Source: Octopus vulgaris (lineage: Eukaryota). From it: a stretch of 64,000 nucleotides of DNA. Positions 52,957 through 64,000 of this stretch are shown one piece after another. Below the pieces are notes generated by a model that saw only the letters and a list, made by a program, of their open reading frames with translations, searched no databases and was not told where the DNA came from. The position numbers and the translations under genes were made by a program. The stretch is taken from positions 89,032,001-89,096,000 of the forward strand of contig OX597819.1 in NCBI GenBank assembly GCA_951406725.2. The letters run 5' to 3'. Every line of letters begins with the position of its first letter. Position 1 is the stretch's first letter.

Positions 52957-54795
52957 CATGAATATGAAAATATAAATATATGTACATACATACATACAAA
53001 CAAACACACACATTCTGGTAATAATAAAGGATCTCATGATAAAACATGAATGCTCTTCTCCTCTGTCTTCCACTGAGATTAAACATAAACTTCCCAACTT
53101 AAAAACTAGAGAAAAAAAAACATTTTTCTCAACTGAAGAATATAGATGATGATGATGATGATGATATATATATATATATATTTATATATTCCTTTATTCT
53201 TTTAGTTGTTTCAGTCATTTGACTGTGGCCATGCTGGAGCACTGCCTTTAGTTGAACAAATCGACCCCAAGTGTGTGTGTGTGTGTGTGTAACATTAAGT
53301 AATGGTACTGTTCTTCATCACAGTTCACATGTTATGATTAACTCTTTGTTAGACCAGGGCTCAATGAATTGTAAGCAATTGTAAATATATCTGTATTATA
53401 CTGGCACCAATTCAAAATGACTAAGTCCCTCTATTAACAGAACTTAAAAATGACATAGATGAAGATGAATGATAATGTATTGGACTTACTAGCTCTCAGC
53501 TCATGAATTTAAAATCTACAGAAAGGTGTTAGGTTGTATAATTGAGCAAATACACTTGGTTCTAAATGCCTCCAAATTTAGTAAAAGCCTAAATGACCAA
53601 GTGGATAATATATTATGAATACCAGCACATGGATGTTATAAGGGTTTAGGTTTTGGAATCTGAATACCTATTTTATAAGTTTTAAATTTTAAAGATAAGA
53701 ATTTTGTGAACAAAACTATCATATGTTGCAAGGTTTGATGCGCCATACATTGATTGGTTCACAGTATTTCTAAAATAGCAAGGTGACAAGGAAAAAAGCT
53801 TCTATGCAACATGGGTGAAATGCATGCAGTTTTCTTACTGAGATGAAAAAAATTCAACAATTTACATCAGTGAAAGATATACACATATATACATACATAA
53901 CTATAGGTGATGGACTTCTGTTGTTTCAGTCTGGCAAATTTCAATCATAAGAAATCCGTTAACCCAAAAATGATTGAAGACACTTGCTCAAAGACTTGCA
54001 CAGTGAGATTGAACCTGGAATCATGAAACTGTGAAACAAACTTCTTAACCACACAGCCATGCCAGCAATTAATTTTACATTGACTCAGATAGCATTGCTA
54101 TGAGTCATGCATAGGTAACAGGCTTCCTATCCAGGAGAAGATATAACTCTTATCCAATAGAAATCAGAGTTAAGTACCACCAATGTTATTTTAGAAAGTG
54201 TTAACTTTTAACTTATTTATATTGCTGGTATTTTATTTACATGCATGAAGAATAATTACAAGGTATGAATGAATACCTAAGGCCAATAAAAGTAGATTGT
54301 TTTTTTTTTTTTAAACCCAGACATAAGAGACAATAAACTAAATATAAAACATCTGAAATTTAGCCCTCTAACACCTGTGCTCTGTTCTCCAACCTTTGAT
54401 ATCTGAACCATGTAAACAAAACAGCAAAAAATAATTTACTCACTCTTTCAATACAAGTTAAGAATGAATTTTTAAAACAAAACAAAAACAAAAAAACCAA
54501 ATAAATTCCAATATTTCATCCTGCCGGCAATGTCAAAAGAATATTTATATTAACACCATCAATTAATGAACTTCCTTTAACATAAATAGTAACTGCTCTA
54601 AACATACATGAAATTTCTTTTAACAAAATATTGACTCAGCTGAGCCACTGCTAAACTCTTCAGCTATTAAGAGCAATTAGGAAATAAAAACAAAAATATA
54701 TATATATATAAATGAATATTAAAAATGAAATCTAATGTTAATATTGAAAAAGCTAATCAATACAGTAATTAATTTATTACCTGACTTATTAATAT

Positions 54796-54969
54796 AGGCG
54801 CAGGCATGGCTGTGTGATAAGAAGCTTATAAAAAGCTTGCTTCCCAAGAACATGGTTCTGAGTTCAGTTTCACTGTGTGACACCTAGGGCAAGTGTCTTC
54901 TACCATAACCTCAGGCTGGCCAAAGCCTTGTGACTGGATTTGGTAGACAGAAACTGGAAGAAGCTCATC

Positions 54970-55049
<80 letters not shown>

Positions 55050-55228
55050 AGTCATACACACACTTACCAACATGTGCATGTCTTTGTCCCCCACTATCAC
55101 TTAACAACTGGTGTTGGTGTGTTTACATCCCTCTAACTACTGTGGGTCAATTTGTTCAACTAAAACCCTTCAAGGCAGTGCTGCAGCATGGTCACAGTAA
55201 AATGACTGCAATAAGTAAGAGATAAAAG
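54796..55228 (+). mobile_element. SINE family A
   Basis: family motifs. Confidence 0.8.
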
Positions 55229-55449
55229 ATGCAGAAATTAAATAATGCATAAGACATGGTATAGGAGTGAGGTTGGTACTATTTCATTTATGCAACCTGA
55301 CTAACGAGGCTAAGCCACTGATAATTTGCTTTCTTCTAATGCTTATATTTTTGTTCTTGTTGTTTAGCCCCAGGTCAGCCCTGACAAAGCAGATGTCATG
55401 GTCAAAGGCAGCCCTACCAGCTATGACCATCCCATCTTTTATTCAGACA

Positions 55450-55660
55450 TTGTGGAGGGAACCTGTGAAAGGAGTAGATCCAGGAAAACATGGGATGAAG
55501 TGGTGAGGAAGGATCTTCAGACACTAAGCCTCATTGAGATAAGGGACCAGGATGAAGTGGTGAGAAAGGATCTTCAGGCACTAAGCCTCACTGAGATGAC
55601 AAGGGACCAGGACTTTTGGTGATTTGCTGTACTCGAGAAAACATATCAAGCTAAGTAAAA
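55450..55660 (+). mobile_element. RTE LINE ORF C-terminal fragment with internal ~57-bp duplication
   Basis: VEGTCERSRSRKTWDEVVRKDLQ..DEVVRKDLQ..RDQDFW; homologous to 36735-36880. Confidence 0.8.
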
Positions 55661-56338
55661 TCATGGCCATCCATACACACAGACATGTCCCTTGCAGATG
55701 CTGGTGCCACATTAAATGCACTCATGCCAGTGCCATGGCTATGTAGTTAAAGATTGGTTTTGATTTCAGCTCCACTGTGTGCTACAAAGCATTGGTCAGC
55801 ACTGGGCTGACAACCAATGCCTTGTGAGTGAATTTGGTAGGCAGAAACTGTATGGAAGCCTATCATGCATGTGTGTGTGTGTGTGTGTGTGTGTAACATG
55901 CCACTGTTTGACAAGTGGTGTTGTTTTGGTTACATTCCCCATAACTTAGCAGTTTGACAAAAGAGTTCAATAGAATAAGTACCAGACTTAAAAACAAATA
56001 CTAGGAAGGGTTGATGCCCAGCATGGTCATAGTCCAATGGCTGAAACAAGCAAAAGCTTGATTTTATTCTATTAACTTTACCAAGACCAAAGAAAAAAAA
56101 AGGAAAAAAAACCCCTCTGAAATGCCAGCTGTTGATTCCTACCAATGTGGTACATATGATACCAAAAATAGTCTTTTGGTGATATAAGAGTGTTACCAAA
56201 AATAGCCTTTAGGTGATATAACAGTGTTAGAAATAGCTAAGTTCCAGTGCAGTTAAGAAAGAATTTCAGTCAAGTGGCTTCACTATCATTGCTACACAGA
56301 ACGTGTAGACATCCAAGAAGAATGTCCAGACTTCCTCT

Positions 56339-56397
<59 letters not shown>

Positions 56398-56398
56398 C

Positions 56399-56454
<56 letters not shown>

Positions 56455-56541
56455 ATTGTCAGTCCAATCATGGGTTAAACAGATTTTTTTTTTAAGGGTA
56501 GGTTGTGGCCCATAGCTGAGGTGAAAGCAATCATTCTAGGA

Positions 56542-56729
56542 CAGTGCTCTGCAACTTTTTTTCATTTATATTTCTTTCAAAATTTGGTGGCACACCTGAA
56601 CTAAAAATAGAACAAATAAGTATAAGGAAAAATATTATATTCAGGTACACCCAGCACCATTTTGTGGTACACCTAGCATCATTTTGTGGTACATCAGTGT
56701 GCTGCAGCATACCAGTTGCAGGAGCACTG
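56542..56729. mobile_element. hAT-Charlie-type MITE
   Basis: TIR CAGTGCTCTGCAAC / GTTGCAGGAGCACTG; 8-bp TSD TTCTAGGA / TTCTAGAA fits the NTCTAGAN preference. Confidence 0.8.
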
Positions 56730-57402
56730 TTCTAGAAGAGGGAAAGCACCAAAATTAATACCTTCATCCAGCAAGCCCTAAGCCAACATGGATATGTCTG
56801 GCAGATGAAACAAATATGAGAAATATCCAACAACATAGATTCAGATGGGAGGAGGCAACCTCTGAATCCTCAACAAGTGACCAGGAGGACATATCACCAG
56901 CTCTGGAGATTGAACACTATGGAGGCAGTTATCTTATTCTGATGGCCATTCTTCCACAAGCCCACAACTGGTGATAGCGAGAAATGACGAGATATAATGT
57001 TGATATCATAGGGATTTTAGAAATTTCAAGGGACATGAAATAATTCTGTTTTGGAACAATGAAACTTGAAACAGTTAAAGCTATAAATAATATCATGTAA
57101 ATATCTTTATCTACTTTGAGTTTCCCCATGTTGTCATCATCATCATTCTTGTTTTAGCATCAAGTTCTCTTAATCAGACAAGATTCACTGACACAAATTT
57201 TCTTTGGTCAGATGTTCTTCTTGTTGCTAACCCTCACTTGTTCTCAAATAAGGTTATATTTTACTCTCATCCAAAACAAGGTTCCACAAAAGATTTCAAA
57301 CGAATGTTGTCATCTGTATGAAAATGAAACCTATTTATGACTTAGTGCATGATGCCAAGATACAGGGAAACATGAGCGCACACAAACATATGGCAACTTC
57401 TT

Positions 57403-57623
57403 TTGTTATCTTGGGGATGGTCACATTTTACCAATTAAATTAATGCACTATATTATTGGTCTTCGTTTCATTGTCAAAGCTCTTTCGTCACACATCCTGT
57501 GACCTCTTCAGCAACTCTCTATCCCATGTGCCTCCTCTTGTTCTACTTATTCCATTTTGTTTTTCTGTGGCATATAGTACATGTGTTTAATTGGCAAAAA
57601 ATGACCATCCTCAAGTATAACAA
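57403..57623. mobile_element. asymmetric fold-back element with hammerhead motif
   Basis: arms 57403-57452 / 57573-57623; minus 57516-57471 CTGAAGA-g-gtcaca(ggatg)tgtgac-GAAA-gagctt-tgacaa; sister fragment at 52785-52925(+). Confidence 0.6.
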
Positions 57624-57864
57624 TATCTGTTTCAACACACAATTTCATATCAAGAATTTTCCAAAACAAATACATAAACGTAACATCTTTTGCAGTTTCC
57701 ATCAGCTAAATTCATTCACATGGCTTTGGTTGAACTGGATTTGAGTAGAAGACACTTGCCCAAGGTACTACATAGGGAGACTGAACCCAAAACCATGCAT
57801 ATGTGAAGCAAACTTCTTAACCATACACCCACATATGGACATGAGCGTGTACATATATACATAC

Positions 57865-57898
<34 letters not shown>

Positions 57899-58082
57899 AT
57901 ACATATGTATAGTGTATCATTTCATTATTAGTAAGGTCAGCAACAAAATACACAAGGATTTATTCTGAGCCTGAAAGATTGCAGGATAGTATAGGGTGCA
58001 CTATACAAGTCTGTCTGATTAATGTAGGATGAGAACATGAAATTTATAATAGCTCACATTTAAATCCTGTGTTTATTAAATT

Positions 58083-58121
<39 letters not shown>

Positions 58122-58210
58122 CACACACAGATGCATATATACAGATATATAGATATATAGACACACATCCAGATATACATACATACGTACATACATAGAT
58201 AGATACAAAT

Positions 58211-58244
<34 letters not shown>

Positions 58245-58807
58245 TAACAGAAATATATATGGAGAGGGAGAGAGAGTGAAAATTACATAACACTGACAAA
58301 AGTGGAAGACAAAGCAGCTTTATGTGACATAAATTATTCATTTTTCATTGTCCTTACTCAATACAGTGCAACATTTAAAACTTTAATATTGAATCATAAT
58401 ACGAATCGGAATGAATCTCAAGTTTTCCAATTGTTCTTCAGTTCAAAGCTTGTCACAACGGTTGTGCTTTTAGAAATTCCATCTTCCATACCATTTCCTA
58501 TAGATTGCGTAATATTGCAAGAAGCTCAACAAGAAAATAATAAACTTATCTGCTTACACGGAGTTACTTATTTACTGTGACTGACACAACTTGAATTAAG
58601 TTTGCGGCTTAAGTACAAGAGGTTTACTTTCTTAAGTCTGCCATAAGACCACAGGTCCATCTGATTATTTATTTGCATGGCTTTTTGGTGTTGTTGTTAT
58701 TGTTTTTTTTTAATATTTTTCTTTAGGAAATAGAAATTACTTTTACTCAAGTTTCATGACACAACTGGTGTTGATTTTAATGGAAAAAAATAATAATACA
58801 TAAAATA

Positions 58808-59790
58808 GGTGTAAGTGTGGCAAGAAGATTACTTCCCAATCACATTATTCCTGGTTCAGTCCCACTGTGAGGCACCTTGGGCCAGTGGTCTTCTACTATA
58901 GCCTTGGGCTGACCAAAGCTGTGTGAGTGGATTTGATAGAAGGATAATGAAAGAAACCATGTGTGTGTGTGTTTGTGTCAGTGTTTACCCACCACCACCA
59001 CTGTTTGACAACCGATGTTAGTGAGTTTACATCCCCATAACTTAGCAGTTTGGCAAAAGAAGCCAATAGAATAAGTGCTAGGCTTCAAAAAAAAAGAAAA
59101 AAGAAAAAAACAATGGGTAGTGGAGTTGAGCCATTCAACTAAAAATTCTTCAAGTTGTTGCCCCAACATGGCCACAGTCTGATGATTGAAACAAGTAAAA
59201 GATAAATGATAACCACATAATAGAATGTATACCAGACTTGAAAATGAGTACAGGGGTCGATTTGTTTGAGTAAAACCTCTCAAGGTAGTGCCTTAGCAAG
59301 GCTGCAGTCCAATGACTGAAACAAGTAAAAGATAATAAGATATAAACAGGTGCAGGTGTGGCTGTGTGCATATAGGTGCAAGCATGGCTGTGTGGTAAGA
59401 AGTTTGCTTCCCTACCACATGGTTCTGGATTCAGTCCCACTGCATGACACTTTGGGCAAGAGTCTTCTACTATAGCCTCAGACCAACCAAAGCCTTGTGA
59501 ATGGATTTGGTAGATGAAAACTGAAAGAAGCCAGTCATATACATGTGTGAGTGTGTGTGTGTGTTTGTATCTATGTTTGTCCTCTCATCATCATTTGACA
59601 ACCAATGTTGGTGTGTTTACATCCCTGTAACGTAGCAGTTCAGCAAAAGAGACTGATAGAATAAGTACTAGGGTTACAAAGAATAAGTCTTCAGGTTGAT
59701 TTCTTCAACTAAAAAAAAAAGAAAACCCTTTAAGGCGTTGCTCCAGCATGGCCTCAGTCTAATGACTGAGGCAACTAAAAGAATAAAAGT
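58808..59790 (+). mobile_element. tandem SINE A copies
   Basis: 58808-59203, extra tail 59220-59340, 59345-59790. Confidence 0.8.
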
Positions 59791-60790
59791 ATACGTGTGT
59801 GTGTGTATGTGTGATGTGAATATGCGCTGACATTTCCTTTTTCCTCAAATAATTAACACTATAATTGAGAAAGAAGGAAGAAAAGGAAAAAAAAAAGGAA
59901 AGAAAGGGATCATTAACACAGAATGTAATTTTTGCTACATTACCGGTTAAATAGACCAATTATTTTAAAACTTTTACCAAGAACATATCTGCATCGAGGG
60001 AACAAAATTAGATTTATAGCGGAACGTTTAGCGGGGCTTTTCAACGTTGTTGAATCTCTCCTAATTCTTAATTTATTTTACATAAACAGTGGGTGAATTA
60101 CAAACAAACAATTTTTGTTTTTAATTTTGTAACATACCAAGAAAATTAAGTCACTTAATTCTGTTTTACTTTTTATCTGCTTATTTTTTTTTTTTTGTTT
60201 TCGTTCCTTTGTGTGCATTTATGTATATGTGCGTTTGGATATGTGAATATGTATGTGTTTGAGTTCGTGTGTGTGGTACACATGTGTGCATGCAAGATGT
60301 GTTATGTAATTACATCTTCACACCAACACTACTAACAAAGCACTCATGTCCATACATAAACCAGAATGAAAGATAAATAATACACACACACACACACACC
60401 CTACCCATACCTTTTCACTCTTCAGCGCAGCTCTTAGAAGAAATAACATGAAAAATCAACAAACCTAACAATTTAAGCTGTCAAGAATTTGTCAGTTGCA
60501 ACTACAATAACAATAACAACAGTATCAACTAATACCGATGTGATGGTGGATGGAAGCTTTCTATAAAACGAGAATAAGTATAAAAACAATTTCAGCTTAC
60601 AAGTGGCATTGGTTAGGCAGAGATTGGATAGAACATAAAAGAGACGTGAGTATATAGTCTATGGCATAAGAGTAATATGTTGTTTGTGCAGAAAACAATG
60701 ACTGTAATACAAAACAAAAGAGACAACAAATACTTGGAAACAAAATACTCAAGTACTTTCATCTCTTCCACCCTATATCTTCTTTCATTT

Positions 60791-60833
<43 letters not shown>

Positions 60834-61192
60834 ACTTGTTTCTTTTTGGGGTGGTTTGATAAAGATTTAAGCAAAACAGAAAACACATTAGAAATGTAAT
60901 AATTTCTAGAGAAATAATACATTCCTTTAAAACAAAAGTATGAGCTCATGTGGTATTGATTGAATGAATGAGAAGTCCTCCCACATATAATTCTTAGAGG
61001 AACCAGCAATGTACCAGTTTTCAGGGGGCCTGTCTAGAATAATACTACTTATTATATCTATCTCTCTAGTAGCCTGATGGAGGACCTAATCTACAAGCTG
61101 ACTATTCACTACATTTGTTATTTCATGCTGTTCCTCTACTACTTCCAGTAAACCAGAACCTCTCTAGTAACTATCAATAGAGCTAGTATGAC

Positions 61193-61419
61193 TTGATCCT
61201 TTAGCAATAGAATTACCGTCAACTGTAATGATTATTTATTCACATAATTTTGAATCCATCGTGCACCTACCCTGTAGCTTGAAGATTTCAGTGATGTGAT
61301 TGTTTATTTTTAGAATGATATTGTAGGGTAGATCTGAGAGGTTAGATCTGACCAGTTTGAACACAAAACAGGTAGAATATTTGGGCCAGATATGGCCAGT
61401 TTAAATGCTAAAGAGTTAA
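61193..61419. mobile_element. piggyBac-like MITE
   Basis: TTGA|TCCTTTAGCA...TGCTAAAGAG|TTAA; better-preserved left end TTAA|CCCTTTAGTATTC at 18855. Confidence 0.55.
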
Positions 61420-63179
61420 GTGTATCCATTATGGACAGTGTAGTGCCAATATGAAATGCAAGATGAATAGCAAACGAAAATGTCTCCAAAGCTTAAGAAG
61501 TTTTAAAACACGTCTTCAACTCCAGTAAGTCAATGTTAAGCAGATAAAAAATAGACTTGTTTACTGAAATGGATACCAGTCTATCTCAAGAACAATCCAA
61601 ATTGATCATCAGTAAACTGAGGTAGTTAAAATTAAGCATACTGCTGAAAAAGTGAAATCATGTCTATATAGTTAAAATGTTTGTTTTATAACCATATGGT
61701 TTTGGATTAAATCCCACTGTATGTATCTTGGGCAAGGGTCTTCTGCAACAACTTTGGATCAAACAAGTGCTGTGAGTGAAATTTGGTAATAGGAAAAAAG
61801 TGGAGGCCAGTCCATTAGGACAATGACCCTGACCATCAGACCACAGACTAGCAAGGTAAAATTAAAGCTACTGTCTCATGTCAAGTCAACTCACAAGGGC
61901 CAGTTTCCTGGTTTCATGGTGTATATACTCTGCACCAGGACAGGATGCTGGTTCATTGCAGGATTACTCATTTTTGCCAGCTGAGTGAACTGGAGCAACA
62001 TGGAATGAAGTGTTTTGCTCAAGAATATTTATATACAATGTAAACACTAAGAGTAAATTTAAACACCTAGTTCTTTAATACTGTATCCATTGTGTCCATT
62101 CAACTATTGTCCAGTAGGACCTAACACTTCACTGAGTCACTAAACTATAATTCAGCTTACTTCAAAAACACACAGGCAATGGGATTAAAGATATATTTTG
62201 TTTCTCAAAACACCGTTGAAAAAGGGTTCCAAAATAAATTTTGCAGTAACAATCTTTGCACTTAGCATTTTTTATTATAATGTAAGAAAAAAAAGTGTTC
62301 AAAGAATATTAATATTTTTGATAACTTTTTGCTTTTTTTTAAAAATTAATTTTATTCTTTCCTTCCCCATCACCAGCAACAAGTTAATACAATAAAAAAA
62401 ATATAAAATAACAGGATATACCGGTTGATAACCCCTTGGCAATATCATGGTACATCATATGCCAAAATGAAATTTTTTTTCCAACCCCACATCATCAACT
62501 CATTAGGATGTTTATGCAGCAACTTAAGCTTCATATGACATTTGAGGATTAACTTCTTTGCATTGAAGAAAGAAAAATATCCAAAAGATCAAATTGCTTT
62601 AAAATATCTTCGGGTTTTATATTTAGCTATTATATTTAATGAGAATCAAAAGAAAACAAAAGGGGGAAAAAAAACAAACAAACTGTGTTTGTTTATGCAT
62701 ATGAGTATGTTTATGTGTGTATAAATACTTACACACACACACACACACATATAATACGTAATTCCCCACCAATGAAATCAAAATGAATATAAAAATCGAC
62801 AAGCAAATAAAAGTAAAATGTCATAAGTTTCATTAAAAAATTTCTAAAGACATTCCGAATACATCAAACTGTTGAAGAGGGGGAGGGTGAAAAAATAAAA
62901 CTTATAAGAAACCTAGAATTGTGAAAATTTAATGATTTCCGGTACACACACACACACTTCTGACTAAATAAAGTTTGGGTTCAAGGATGGCTGAGTGGTT
63001 ATAAAGCTTGTTTTGTGATCATGCTGTTTCAGGTTTCAGGTTTCATTTACATAGCAATTTCTTCCAGAGTTTCGGGTTGATCACAAGTGTGCAGATGAAA
63101 TTTTTAATGACTGAAACCAGTCTCACACACATACTTGCACACAGACACACTCATATACATACGTGCATACATACATACA

Positions 63180-63210
<31 letters not shown>

Positions 63211-63811
63211 CACATCACATCACAGGCAAGACTGTATGGTTGAGATGTTTGCTTCCCAACCACATGGTTTCAGGTTCAGTCCCACTGAGTGGCATCTTGG
63301 ACAAGTGTCTTTTGCTATATCCCCAGGCTGACCAAAGTCTTGTGAGTTGATCTGGAAGAGGGTAACTGAAAAACGCCCATCATGTGTGTGTGTGTGCATG
63401 CACATGTGTGTTTGTATCTCCTTGTCTTCATACTATGTTACAGCTGTAAGTGAATATTACTGTCATAGAGGTGGAGTCATTCATTTCTAATATTCTGTGG
63501 AAATATGCCTGGCCATGGAGAAATATATTACATGCATACGTACACTAATGTGCATGCACACCTATGTATACATACACATATCATCAGCATTGATTAATGT
63601 CCTTTTTCCATGCTGGCATGGGTTGGACAGTTTGACAGGAGCTGTCCAGCCAGAGAGCTGTCAACACACACACACAAGTGAATAAATATCTATCTCTCTT
63701 TCTATATATATATATATATATATATAAATTAATAAATAAATAAAACATATGCATATATACATACATATATGTATGTACCTACCTCTACATGTATATATAC
63801 ATGCATATATG

Positions 63812-64000
63812 GGTACCATGATATTGCCAAGGGGTTATCAACCGTCGAACACAATGAGAAACGAAAACATAAACACAAAACCAAGGAAATGGACATTTTT
63901 TTTAAACAACGAAAAAATAGAGTACAGGACACACAAAACAAGGAAAATTCCCCTTCTTCAGTCGCCTTAATTTCATCTACTCCACGTTTCGAAGGTCAAA
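63812..64000 (-). mobile_element. Penelope-like arm running off the window end
   Basis: minus CGAAAC-gtgga-GTA half-hammerhead; terminal ~33 bp repeated inverted at 62421-62453. Confidence 0.45.

Noticed and set aside
56160-56228. 34-bp tandem duplication
   Set aside because: Ordinary two-copy slippage with no further structure
56758-56973. ~70-codon open frame
   Set aside because: No recognisable domain or splice sites; likely a decayed repeat
58416-58524. Minus-strand frame ASCNITQSIGNGMEDGISKSTTVVTSFELKNNWKT*
   Set aside because: Short, weak acceptor, no homology recognised

Overview
AT-rich, microsatellite-saturated eukaryotic DNA. The repeat families look like those of an octopod cephalopod (Octopus-like); this is from recognition, not a search. 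No intact, recognisable protein-coding gene is visible, and nearly all ORFs in the supplied track are microsatellite or SINE artefacts. The window is intronic/intergenic. It contains dozens of tRNA-derived SINEs of at least 4 families, 3' fragments of RTE and CR1/L2-group LINEs, a decayed mariner, and several MITEs (mariner, hAT-Charlie, piggyBac-like). It also holds a cluster of non-autonomous Helitrons with a head-to-tail junction, a 107-bp minisatellite and a 100-N gap. The most notable signal is a dispersed set of fold-back or single-arm mini-elements carrying Penelope-type minimal hammerhead ribozyme (HHR) motifs. One is near-canonical (8691-8752, minus). Another has a complete fold in which the C3:G8 core pair is swapped to G3:C8 (10497-10549, minus). 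Also notable are a LINE whose 3' tail matches the dominant SINE's tail with compensatory base changes, a CpG-retaining domain at about 3.4-13.3 kb, and low-confidence candidate exons on both strands. Repeat coordinates are approximate, read by eye.
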